From positions 8,060,001 to 8,124,000 of the forward strand of contig NC_042998.1 in NCBI RefSeq assembly GCF_006345805.1: a stretch of 64,000 nucleotides of DNA, given 5' to 3'. How positions within the stretch are numbered: position 1 is the stretch's first letter; each line of letters begins with the position of its first letter. Both the position numbers and the translations under genes were made by a program. Positions 26,658-38,765 of the stretch are shown here, piece after piece. Origin of the DNA: Octopus sinensis (lineage: Eukaryota). The notes beneath the pieces were generated by a model, which was not told the origin of the DNA, ran no database searches, and saw only the letters and a list, made by a program, of their open reading frames with translations.

Positions 26658-26887
26658 ACGCGCGCGCAGATACGAGGAAGTACGGACCAGTGTACAGAGA
26701 TGCTAACCTATCACTTGGGATACCCCAGAAACAGCTGTAAGGCATCCAATAATTTAATTAATTAATTGCTTCAAATTCACCTTAATCTAATTAAATATTT
26801 TAATTGACTTGAAATACTCATCCTGCCTTGGTTTTTGTTGTCCTCTTTCTTCATAAGTATATGTATGTATACACACACACACATATA

Positions 26888-27297
26888 CTCTCTTTTTTCT
26901 CTCTTTTACTTGTTTCAGTCATTTAACTGCGGCCATGCTGGAGCACCGCCTTTAGTCGAGCAAATCGACCCCGGGACTTATTCTTTGTAAGCCCAGTACT
27001 TATTCTATCAGTCTGTTTTGACGAACCGCTAAGTAACGGGGACGTAAACACACCAGCATCGGTTGTCAAGCAATGCTAGAGGGACAAACACAGACACACA
27101 AACATATACACACACACTTATATATATATACATATATACGACAGGCTTCTTTCAGTTTCCGTCTACCAAATCCACTCACAAGGCATTGGTCGGCCCGGGG
27201 CTATAGCAGAAGACACTTGCCCAAGATGCTACGCAGTGGGACTGAACCCGGAACCATGTGGTTGGTTAGCAAGCTACTTACCACACAGCCACTCCTG
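26888..27297 (-). mobile_element. SINE family 2
   Basis: Minus strand begins CAGGAGTGGCTGTGTGGTAAG...CCGGGTTCAGTCCC. Confidence 0.85.
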
Positions 27298-29444
27298 TTT
27301 ATAGAGAGAGAGAGACAGATGAAGACTGTCGAAGCACCAATTACACAGTTGAGAACTCGATTTAGTAACCACTGCAGATATGTCGCTACTTTATGTAGGA
27401 TAAGCTCAATTATTAAAATTTTTGATGAATCTGAATCTGTGCCGCATTTCCAAATATTATGACTTAGCACAACTGATATTTTCACATGATGCAATATTAA
27501 GTTTTTAAAATGCTGTTTAATGCATGCATGACTAAGGCGAAGTCAGGCATCATGAAGATGAAGAGGAAGACTGCAGCTTTTCGATGGCGTATGATACTTT
27601 ACTTTTAATTTCTAAAACTTTGCCCGAAAGGAAATTTGAAGCACGAAGTGAAAATGTTAAAATAGGGAAAATATTTTAATCAAAGCTTATCTATATCAAC
27701 TTCCAATTCTTGATATTTTAAGCGAATATATTTAGAAAAAGCCGGTGAAATTAGATCGTAATTGGTAATTAATTTATCACATAAATTAAAATGTTTAACT
27801 CAGAATCTCGTATTATTAAGGTTCACTGGAGTGAGAAAAGTACTTCTAATAGTTAGGATGTTTGGTTTTGGGCGACAAAGGTTTCATACTTTCTCGATAA
27901 GTTTGATTGTTATAGGATGCTGAGTAAAGGAATGAAACCAGAAGCGGCCGACAACAACTATGTGTGAGGTGACTTCGGTAAGATGAGCAAAAATATCCTC
28001 CTAAATTCTGGTCACGGATTCCAGTATCAAAATCTTTCAATGAAGTTTATGGATGTTTATTACAGTAAAGTTTATGGAAGTGTCAATAAAATGTTTATAG
28101 AAGATATTATTAAACAATTAGTCCCCTTAAAGCCAGTTCGGTTCTCATGCAAAGAAAAGCTCCTAGTGTGTGTGGAGTGTTAGTATATACATAAGGCGAA
28201 CATTGCGATATGCTATTGATTTCAAATATTGGTACAAGGCCGGCAGATTTGGGGGGATGGAGTAAGTCGATTACATCGACGCCGGTGCTCAACTGGTACT
28301 TATCTCATCGAAGCTGAAAGGATGAAAGACAAGAATGATCTCGGCGGAAACAGAAATCACAACATGAAGACGGGCGAAATTACAATAGTATGGTAGTTGT
28401 TTCGATTCCTGGACCGAACAATACATTGTTTCCTTGCAAAAAGCCTTTCATTTTAGTTCACGCAACTGCAAATGAGTATCAGATGTGTGTCTTGTACTAA
28501 GCAATATTAATTAACTTCTTTCCTGTTCTAACGGTCAACACCGACTTAAACCCTTATTGTTTCTTCGCACCCAAATTCACTTTGTCCCAAATTCTCTTCC
28601 TCATTCTCTTGACCACCACATTTATCATCTTTTTGGTCACATATCTCTTAAGTATGCGCGACTACAAATTTCCTGAGCTTTCTTGTAATTCTACACTATA
28701 TCCACGGCCCATGAAGAAAGGACAAAGAAAATGTTTTCTAAAACTCCAAGCCGGACATTGGATGCTAACCGTTGGAAATTATTCTCCCAATGATATATGA
28801 AAGCAAGTACAATTTTTGCAGACACCAATAGTTTCTACTGATTCCTATTTAAAAACAAAATTCTTCATCGATCCTATCATAGTTACAACTGTTTCATCAC
28901 CTCGTACAAGTGACATGTCTGAGAGAGTGCTACTGAGTATATGAATGCACGTGATATTTCATTCGATTGGTAAACCTCACACATGAATTATCTATCGTAG
29001 GCATGCTGTCTCCTCACTATTTCTTATCTCCTTTTTTCTTTTAGTTATTGAAGCTATAACTGTATCTGCTCCTTTGATTTGCCAAACTCTGTTCCACTTC
29101 CGCCCCGCTTCATTCATACTCCTTTTTCTTTCTCATCACATCATTTATTAAGTTCTTTTCACTCCAACACTTCACACTACACACTTTGTGCAATATTTCT
29201 TCCCTCGCCGTTGCAATTTTTCAGAGATTCCTGCGATTCTTGTAAACTTTAAAATACTAATGGCAATCATCACTACATTCTTTCTTTGAAGAAGATAAGA
29301 TGCGATGTGAAGTAAAACGGTGGGTGGTCGGACTAGAAATGCTTTGGTCGTTGCCTCACATCTCCCTGCTAATTAATAAGATCAGCTGAGTGTAAATTCC
29401 AGGGCGCTGCATTTGTTTGTTTGGTGTTTTAATGGAAAATTCAT

Positions 29445-29518
<74 letters not shown>

Positions 29519-29556
29519 GAACAATCTTACTTAGAAAGGGATGCGTGCGTTCTGTC

Positions 29557-29912
29557 ATATAATAAATAAATAAAATATATGCATATATACATGCATATAT
29601 GTACGTACCTACCTCTACATGTATATATACATGCATATATGGGTACAGGACACCAAAAAAAAAAAACGTCGAACACAATGAGAAACGAAAACATAAACAC
29701 AAAACCAAGGAAATGGACGTCCTGTACTCTAGTTTTTCGTTGTTTTAAAAAAATGTCCATTTCCTTGGTTTTGTGTTTATGTTTTCGTTTCTCATTGTGT
29801 TCGACGTTTTTTTGGTGTCCTGTACCCATATATGCATGTATATATACATGTAGAGGTAGGTACGTACATCTATGTATGTATATATGCATATATTTTATTT
29901 ATTTATTATTTA
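29557..29912. repeat. Long inverted repeat (~160-bp arms, 36-nt spacer)
   Basis: 29557-29718 is the reverse complement of 29755-29912. Confidence 0.85.
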
Positions 29913-30024
29913 TTTATATATATATATTAACTACATCATGGGGTGTGGATGAGATTTAATGACAAGTGAGATGGATAGATGGAGAGGGGGATAATTGAAC
30001 AAGCTGTCTGTACATTCACAAAAT

Positions 30025-30177
30025 TTCATTTATTTATTTAGTCGTTTACCATTGTATTGGAATGGGCTGAAGAATAGTGACCTCTTCAAAGAAAAAAAAA
30101 ACAGGCGCGGTGTTGAAGAGGTCACCATCCTTCAACCCATTCCAATACAATGGTAAATGACTAAATAAATAAATGAA
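30025..30177. repeat. Hairpin/inverted repeat (65-bp arms, 23-nt loop)
   Basis: 30025-30089 pairs with 30113-30177 with few mismatches. Confidence 0.85.
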
Positions 30178-30372
30178 TGGTGAATAGGAAGGGGGATCCC
30201 CTTCACACTCTACCTATCTATCTGTCTTACTATCTATCTGTCCCTCTATCTGACTATCCAAATATTCATCTATCTGTCCATCCATCCTTCTATCAATCTG
30301 TCCATCCATCCATCCTTCTATCTATCTGTCCATCCATCCATCCTTCTATCTATCTGTCCATCCATCCATCCT

Positions 30373-30408
<36 letters not shown>

Positions 30409-31151
30409 GCTATACCTCTATCTATCTCTATTGCCATGGAACCTCACTCCCATAAAACAAAAACAATGTTCTCTTCTTCTAAACAGACCCCCCCCCAAAA
30501 AAAAAATGTTTTATATAAATCAACAAGCTGTCTGTACATTTACAAAATTTCATTTAAAAAGTTCTTGAAACGAACGAAAGCGCTAATAATAATGAAGAAA
30601 TACAATGATTTCTTTCCAAAATTCTGATGACTTTTTTTTCTTCTCAATATTAATATATATATATATATGTGTGTGTGTGTGTATTGGTTTCAAATGTTGG
30701 AACAAGGCCAGAAATTTCGGGGCTAGGGGTAAAGCAATTACATCGAATCCAGTTCTCAACTGGTGCTTATTTTATCGATGGCGGAAGAATAAGAAGCAAT
30801 GATGATCTCGGCGAAAATTGAACAAGGAAAGTAAAGACGGATGAAATGCCGCGAAGCACATTGCCCGGCGTGCTAACGTTTCTGCCAGCTCGCTACGTTA
30901 AAAACAAACAAAACACACAAATACACAAACACACACACTAGAAAATAATATAGTTGCCTGAGTAAAACTTATATAGTCTTACTGTGATATGAAGCTCTGC
31001 CAATATACATACAAGTCTTGATAGCCTCCTGTGCCGAACTGGCAGCAAAATTTCGAAATTCTTCAAATTTTCGACAAACTTTGTTTAACGCGTTGCTATG
31101 AAACCGAGAACTAATGCAAATTTGGAGAATAATTCATTAAAAGATTCGTAT

Positions 31152-31550
31152 ACTCTTTACTCTTTTACTTGTTTCAGTCATTTTACTGTGGCCATGCTGG
31201 AGTACAGCCTTAAGTCGAGCAACTCGACCCCAGGACTTATTCTTTGGAAGCCTAGTACTTATTCTATCGTTCTCCTTTGCCGAACCGCTAAGTTACGGGG
31301 ACGTAAGCACACCAGCATCGGTTGTCAAGCGATGTTGGGGGACAAACACAGACACACAAACATATACACATATACAAATATATATACGATGGGCTTCTTT
31401 CTGTTTCCGTCTACCAAATCCACTCACAAGGCTTTGGTCAGCCCGAGGCTATAGTAGAAGACACTTGCCGAAGGTGCCACACAGTGGGACTGAACCTGGA
31501 ACCATGTGGTTGGTAAGTACGCTACTTACCACGCAGCCATCCCTACGCCT
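31152..31550 (-). mobile_element. SINE family 2
   Basis: Matches the other family 2 copies. Confidence 0.85.
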
Positions 31551-32029
31551 CCATATATTGGTTTTCGTTTCAAATTGATGCGGGAACAATTGATGCAACA
31601 GCACATAATGAACATTATAAAAACTGCCGCGCAGATGTATACTTAGTAATTATACTTTCTCCAATGGGTAAAAAGAGATGAAGTTTGGTGGGGAAAAGGA
31701 AGTCGATTACACCGAACCCCAGGGCCCGACTGGTACTTATTTTATCGGTCCCGAAAGGATGAAAAGCAAAGTCGACCTTGGTAGCTTTAGGAATCAGAAC
31801 GTGTAGACGAACGACATGCCTCAAAGCATGTTGCCAGGCGTGCTATCGATTCTGCCAGTTCGCCCCTTTAGCATATTTAGTAATTATAAAACTTTTATAT
31901 ATACATTGTTATATTTCGGAATGGTCATATTGCCAGTTTAGCCAATAAAAACACACGCACTATATATTTGGTGTTATTTTGCTTCAGTGATATTTATTTT
32001 TTACATTAATCTTAATCTTATTTCGGCCA

Positions 32030-32868
32030 AATTCAATATTTTGATGGCAGACCTCGTCAGAATAATGAGAAATGTGTCACGCATGTGCGAGCCTACAGAA
32101 TTAAAGAGACACATACAGTATTTCATTCACCGCATGCAGTTCTCAGGTTACAGCCATAAAGAAAGGATCAGAGTATACAAAGGAGCCATGAAGAAATTTG
32201 ATAATATATTATGTAATGATAGGAATGGGATTTGCCCACTCTATAGGAACAAGTCATGGAACACTATAGAAAGGACAAAAAAGAAAATAGGGAAGGCCAA
32301 CTCTTGGTATGATAGCCATAAATACCAGAGTGTCATGTTCGTTGACACCACCCCTGGAGGTGAACTGGCGAACCGCTTTAGAAGGACCCTAGATAAATTT
32401 AAACTAAGAATTAAGGTTGTTGAAAAGCCAGGCAACCCTATCAAATCTATAATTGGTAGAACCTATCCTTTTAGTAGAACCCTCTGTACGGATAACTATT
32501 GCACTGTATGTAGATTTAGCCCACAAACAAACTGTAAAGCCAGAAATGTAGTCTATAGTATAAGATGTATAGAGGGACGATGCAGTAACAAGACAGTAAC
32601 ATACGTAGGGGAAACGGCAAGAAGCATAGGAGAGCGGGTGAATGAACATTGGAGACAACTCAAGGAAGGTAAAAGCTCATCGATTCTGTACCAACACGCC
32701 GAACAGGAACACGGGGGATCAATCAATAACATAGAGATTAAGATATTGTCCACACATAGAACAGATGCAACAATTAGACAAATTACAGAAGCTACACATA
32801 TAATAGAAAATAAACCTAGCCTGAATAGAAAACTAGAATGGAGCAATAGCACACACCACAACATATGA
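32030..32868 (+). CDS. PLE RT thumb, Cys-rich linker and C-terminal GIY-YIG endonuclease (5'-truncated, frame open)
   Basis: FVDTTPGGELA, CTDNYCTVC..NC, NVVYSIRC...YVGETARSIGERVNEH, H...EH, EA..I...PSLN. The first ~14 aa of the track ORF (from 31987) come from the inverted pLTR. Confidence 0.9.
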
Positions 32869-32985
32869 CGATAGAGGATCCCGAAAACATAATAAATACA
32901 CAGATAAATAAACAAATAGAAATGAATAACTATATATATGTATATATATCTATGTATGTATATGTATGTATATATATATATATAT

Positions 32986-33017
<32 letters not shown>

Positions 33018-33371
33018 ATGTGTATATATGTGTGTATATGTATATATATATCTTTTTTTTCGATTAGATTTATTATTATTATTACTAATATTGTTGTTAT
33101 ACATACATACAAGCATATGTAATGATAATAATGGGTGGATATAAACACATGAACAAAATTAGAACAAAAGCAACAACAAAAACAAAATACAAATTACATG
33201 AATGTATATAAACAGAAGATACAAATATTACAGGCATCCCCCACACACACACACTAAATAAACATAGACGCACATAGAGATATAAGCATGCGCAAATGAA
33301 GACATACAATAGAAATACAAAATGGCTGACGGTTAGTAAGGAGAGACACAAATAAGTGAGAAGAAAACAAA

Positions 33372-33416
33372 GGACCACTGATGCGGTCACAGGAGTGTGA
33401 CGAAAGAACTCTGGCC
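33372..33416 (+). ncRNA. Hammerhead ribozyme, variant core CUGAUGC, in the 3' pLTR
   Basis: CTGATGC 33378-33384; stem II GTCAC/GTGAC; GAAA 33402-33405; predicted cleavage CTC after 33411; sense to the PLE ORF. Confidence 0.75.
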
Positions 33417-33627
33417 GAAATAAGATTAAGATTAATGTAAAAAATAAATATCACTGAAGCAAAATAACACCAAATATATAGTGCGTGTGTTTTTATTGGC
33501 TAAACTAGCAATATGACCATTCCGAAATATAACAATATCTGTTTCAACACACGACTTCACATAAAAAATCTTGCACAACAAATATTTAAAAGTTTTATAT
33601 ATACATATATACATATATATATACATA

Positions 33628-33852
33628 TAGCTGGCATAAACGTTAGCACGCCGGGCGAAATGCGTAGCCCTATTTCGTCTGCCGTTACGTTCTGAGTTCA
33701 AATTCCGCCGAAGTCGACTTTGCCTTTCATCCTTTCGGGGGTCGATAAATTAAGAACCAGTTACGCGCTGGGGTCGATATAATCGACTTAATCCGTTTGT
33801 CTGTCCTTGTTTGTCCTCTCTGTGTTTAGCCCCTTGTGGGTAGTAAAGAAAT
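33628..33852 (+). mobile_element. SINE family 1
   Basis: Matches the family 1 consensus. Confidence 0.85.
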
Positions 33853-33978
33853 ATATATATATATATAATATATATATATAATATATATATATATAATATA
33901 TATATATATACATACACACATACATACGTACATATATATAACGAACTAACTGTTACTTTCTCAGATGCAGCACGGATT

Positions 33979-34029
33979 TTTGTCAGTGAACAGGTCGCGG
34001 TCTTATAGCGACGAAAATATTTTGACAAA
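33979..34029 (+). ncRNA. Hammerhead ribozyme with G3-C8 swapped core (GUGAACA)
   Basis: Stem I TTTGTCA/TGACAAA; GTGAACA 33986-33992; extra G; stem II GTCGC/GCGAC; GAAA 34013-34016; palindromic AATATT stem III. Lies in a ~230-bp unit between (TA)n tracts. Confidence 0.65.
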
Positions 34030-35905
34030 TTAAACTTAAATGTTGCAGTGAATCGAACGGCTTTTTTGTGTTTCTTAAATGGCTTATAAACACCTTCCAC
34101 GCTGCAATTGTTTTCGTTCCAGCACACGATCTCAGATCAAATCACTTGCTATGCAAGTACATCACCGTAATATATATATATTATTGCTGTAAAATAAATT
34201 TCCTCAAATACAGCTTATAGTATTGTCAAACTGACGCTGATATATAAATTTGCAACACTGGTTAGATTTAAATGCATTTTCTTTTAGACATTTTTCCCCC
34301 GCAGCAAGTTTTCTCTAAATCATACCAAATTTCATGAATATGTTTACCCATGAAGTTCTTTACATTCTCCTTTATAAATGCAACATAACTCAAAGAAACC
34401 TATCTGAAAGCAGAAAAGGTTTGTAAGAAATTGGATTTTGAAATAATTTTGTAATTCAAATACATAATAATATACCTTAAAATTCGGAGTAATAAATATA
34501 TCAGAACAAAATAGCCAGAGGAAATAACTAAATAAACTACACATAAAATGCATATTATTATTATTAACTGTTTCATTTCGGTGTCATGGTGATGAATTAA
34601 ACGCTAACGCGATGTTAGGGAAATTTCAAAGTCTGCAGATAAGTTCTGTAGACACGGAGTGCTGCCGAATAGAAGCAGCTCATTGTTGTTGAGGAATAAA
34701 AAAAATAAACGTTTTACTTCAAATACGATCTTATCGTTAGAGGCGGTTTAAAGTTTTACGGAACAAGAATCATGGGAACACGGTGAAACAAGAAGTTTAA
34801 TGATTAAAGAAATACTTAGTAGAATATGCCTTTCATCTATCAAACTGTAGATTGCATAAATACTGAAAAACTTCAAAGAACATATTTGGGGATTGGGAAA
34901 TAATGGATATATTACATCAGTACACAACAGATGCTACTGTAAAATTCCTACGGATGTACATGTATAATGGCTGTCTCTGTAGCTAAGAAATATCACTAAT
35001 AATATCTTTACCTATAATAATATCTAATAATATCTTTACCTCTGCAGCATTACTCAAAGAAAAATATCAGAAACCAGAAAAGATTTGTAACAAATTGGAT
35101 TTTAAAATAATTTCGTAATTCAAATAGATTATCTTATACGATAAAATTCGATGCATTAGATACATCAGAACAAGATAGCCCGAGGAAACCACTAAATAAA
35201 GCACACATAAACTATAATTTATCATTCAACATCGTTTTTGACAGTGAGTCAATTTTGGTTGATAATTGGAGCCTCTATCGGTCAAGGCTGGTCACACATC
35301 AGCACATGCCTAGGCAAAGTTTTTATTTGAGAAAGACGCAGTTTTGCCATGCATGCAACGCTTCCCTGCGGTACCGATTTTATTCAGGGGAAAAGTCTAC
35401 TCACTTGAACTAAACCAGGGTGACGCATGCATTACTATCACAACACAAAGAGTCGGAAAGGTACCGCGCCCCTGAAAGAACAAAAGCTGAAGTTGACTTC
35501 GGTGGGATTTGAGCTCGGAACGCTGAGATTCTGAACAAAAATCATGAAACGTTCTATCCAACGCTCCAAAGGACTGTTATAAAATAAATTAACACTTGCT
35601 TCACAACTTCATAGTTCGGTGTTCAGTACCACCGTGTGGTACCTTTGGCTAGTGTCCTCTATTATAGCATACCACCGACTAAAAAATTCTTCAGTAGACT
35701 TGATAGAAGGAAACTGGATGAAACCTGCAGTGTGTATTTATGTATATATATATATATATTATATATATATATAATATATATATCAACAATCAAGGAACGG
35801 CCATAATAGGCCATTCACCCACTAGAAATAACAGCCAAAGCTTCAACCGCAAATAAAAATCAATTCCGTAAACCAGGAGAAAATTTAAAAAACATTTACC
35901 CTGTA

Positions 35906-36012
35906 ATTTCTTATACGATGCACCGTTTCATCTGCTGTTTAATGGTAAACTAACCTGATTAAATTAAATCAAGCCAATCTTCCATAGGCCCTCAGATTCT
36001 TCAGTAAGAAAT
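35906..36012 (-). ncRNA. Hammerhead ribozyme (family C, minus-strand copy)
   Basis: Reverse complement of 36528-36634. Confidence 0.85.
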
Positions 36013-36527
36013 AGCCAAGCCGGAACAGATATTTTCACGAGGCATTTCCGACCCTGCCAAGGCAATATCTGACCTAAAATTTTCAAATCATCGCACTCGC
36101 GCCAAATTTATCGGCAGCAAATAAATATAAGCCGTCGATTCCATTACGGAATTAACCAGAAAATTCATAATTAATCAATATAGGGTGGCAAAAAAATTTT
36201 GTAGAATTTTTTTGCCACCAGCGGCCTAGTGGGAAAAAATTAAATAGTCATAGACCATTTTTAAGTTCAACATCAACAATCAAGGAACGGCCATAATAGG
36301 CCATTCACCCACTAGAAATAACAGCCAAAGCTTCAACCGCAAATAAAAATAAATTCCTATATTGATTAATTATGAATTTTCTGGTTAATTCCGTAATGGA
36401 ATCGACGGCTTATATTTATTTGCTGCCGATAAATTTGGCGCGAGTGCGATGATTTGAAAATTTTAGGTCAGATATTGCCTTGGCAGGGTCGGAAATGCCT
36501 CGTGAAAATATCTGTTCCGGCTTGGCT

Positions 36528-36634
36528 ATTTCTTACTGAAGAATCTGAGGGCCTATGGAAGATTGGCTTGATTTAATTTAATCAGGTTAGTTTACCATTA
36601 AACAGCAGATGAAACGGTGCATCGTATAAGAAAT
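36528..36634 (+). ncRNA. Type I hammerhead ribozyme (family C)
   Basis: Stem I ATTTCTTA/TAAGAAAT; CTGAAGA 36536-36542; stem II ATCTG/CAGAT with a 58-nt insert; GAAA 36611-36614; stem III ACGGTGCATCGT; GTA cleavage after 36626. Confidence 0.85.
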
Positions 36635-36881
36635 TACAGGGTAAATGTTTTTTAATTTTCTCCTGGTTTACGGAATTGATTTTTATTTGCGGTTGAAGCT
36701 TTGGCTGTTATTCTAGTGGGTGAATGGCCTATTATGGCCGTTCCTTGATTGTTGATGTTGAACTTAAAAATGGTCTATGACTATTTAATTTTTTCCCACT
36801 AGGCCGCTGGTGGCAAAAAAATTCTACAAAATTTTTTTGCCACCCTATATTGATTAATTATATATATATATATATATATAT

Positions 36882-37247
36882 ATTCTTTTATTCTTTTACA
36901 CGTTTCAGTCATTTCACTGAGGCCATGCTGGAGCACCGCGTTTGGTCGAACAAATTGACCCCAGAACTTATTCTTTGAAAGCTTACTACTTATTCTATCG
37001 GCGTCTTTTTCCGAACCGCTAAGCTTCGGGGACATAAACACCCCAACATCGATTGTGAAGTGATGGTGGGGAGATAAACACAGACACAAAGACACACACA
37101 TATATACACACGACAGGCAAATCCATTCACAAGGCTTTGGTCGGGTCGAGGCAATAGTGGAAGGCACTTGCTTAAGGTGCCACGCAGTAGGACTGAACTC
37201 GGAACCATGAGATGGAGAAGTAACTTTCTTACCACACTCTCACGCCT
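36882..37247 (-). mobile_element. SINE family 2, diverged
   Basis: GGCCATGCTGGAGCACCGC and CAAGGCTTTGGTCGG blocks. Confidence 0.75.
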
Positions 37248-37909
37248 AATTTGTCTGTGTGTGTGTGTTAGTGTTAGTGATGTTTTCTCTGCGTCTTCGT
37301 AATTTAGCGGCAATGTAAACCAAGAGAATAAGTAGAATGCTTAAAGAAAACGAATTTCTGGGATCGATGTGTTCGACTTAACATTTCAAGGCGATATCTC
37401 AGCATGGCTGAAGTCCAATGTCTGAGACAAGTAATATATAGAAGGTAAAATATATTAATATAACTTTCCAAAAGCTGAAAAGGAGCATGCATTGCAAATA
37501 GTACCAGTCTTCGTATGTAACAGGCATCGTTAAGCATTTGACAAAATACTTTGCAGTAAATTTAGTTTCAGTCACTTACAGGCTGAACTCACATCCCATG
37601 AGACGTCTTTTATTTCTCCGGGTTCTATAATAAACCAAACTCGTCAGCTATTGGGACTGATTTAGCTATATCCTCTTCAACAAGGGAGTTCTTATTTCAG
37701 TTTGAAATCAATTACATTGCAATTTTGTAACCGAATTTCCGGTTGCATTCTGTTGCAGTGCACACACACATATATATATATAGGCGCAGAGGTGATTGTG
37801 TGGTGAGTGGCTTGCTTACCAACCACATGGTTCCGGGTTCAGTCCGACAGCGTGGCCCGGTGGGTGTTTTCTACTACAGCCTCGGGCTATAGTAGAAAAC
37901 ACTAAGCAC

Positions 37910-38190
37910 TGAGCATATGGCTCAGTGAGTAGGGCATCGGGCACACAATCATGAGGTAGCGAGTTCGATTCCCGGACGGGTTGTGATCTTGAACAAGACA
38001 CTTTATTTCACGTTGTTCCAGTTCACTCAGCTGTAAAAATGAAATGTTACGTCACTGGTGCCAAGGTGTATCAGCCTTTACCTTTCTCTTAGATAACATC
38101 AGTGGCGTGGAGAGGGGAAGGCAGTATGCACGGGCAACTGCTGGTCTTCCATAAGCAATCGTGCCCTGACTTCTACTTGGGAAAGGAACT
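37910..38190 (+). mobile_element. SINE family 4
   Basis: TGGCTCAGTG...GAGTTCGATTCCC head; similar to 25610. Confidence 0.7.
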
Positions 38191-38205
38191 TCAAGACGAC
38201 GCGGG

Positions 38206-38288
<83 letters not shown>

Positions 38289-38345
38289 AAAAAATGAAGT
38301 TCGAAAATGCTGCTGTATTATACAATTTTTAATTTTTATATATAC

Positions 38346-38390
38346 ATTATAACATGTTTCAGTTCCTGAAATGAACCTTATCAAAAAAAG
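38346..38390 (-). ncRNA. Possible U3-A8 variant hammerhead at the 3' end of the Neptune-like element
   Basis: Minus strand TTGATAA-GGTTC-atttcag-GAACT-GAAAC-AT-GTT; palindromic ACATGT stem III; stem I is weak. Confidence 0.4.
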
Positions 38391-38765
38391 TTATATATAA
38401 AAAGAGACAGCTCATGCCGTCAAACACAAGAAATTCATTTATAATACACAACGGAGTCAGACATCTTAGAGTTCATGTATAGTTGATATATAGTTCATGT
38501 ATAGTTGATATATAGTTTGAAGTATATGTTCAAAGTGTTCGATGCAGTGGCCCACGGTGGCGATACGTATTCAATACAAAAAACAGATCAAAGTGGTGGA
38601 AAGCGGTCAATACAGAAGATTGATGTTTCCGAAAGAGCGAGGAATTCATTTTTACCTTAAGCAATTGTGATGACCCATGGTGGAAGTTCGCTGGGTGGTT
38701 CTAGTGAGTTTTTGTGAAATGCTCGGTTTTATAATGCCTGTTAGGTGGTCAATCTAGTGTAGCGT

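Larger units (their letters stand above)
31906..33592 (+). mobile_element. 5'-truncated Penelope-like element (family A): inverted 5' pLTR piece, ORF remnant, 3' pLTR
   Basis: 31906-32029 is the reverse complement of 33412-33535; internal GIY-YIG ORF; HHR in the 3' pLTR. Confidence 0.9.
35782..36860. mobile_element. Head-to-head inverted dimer of a ~490-nt HHR-containing monomer (retrozyme/pLTR family C)
   Basis: Left arm 35782-36357 (minus) has terminal direct repeats 35782-35866 and 36272-36357. Right arm 36356-36860 (plus) has terminal repeat CCTATATTGATTAATTA. (TA)n on both sides. Confidence 0.85.

Noticed and set aside
26728-26743. GAAAC-AGCT-GTA, the 3' half of an HHR
   Set aside because: No upstream CUGANGA; probably a truncated pLTR fragment.
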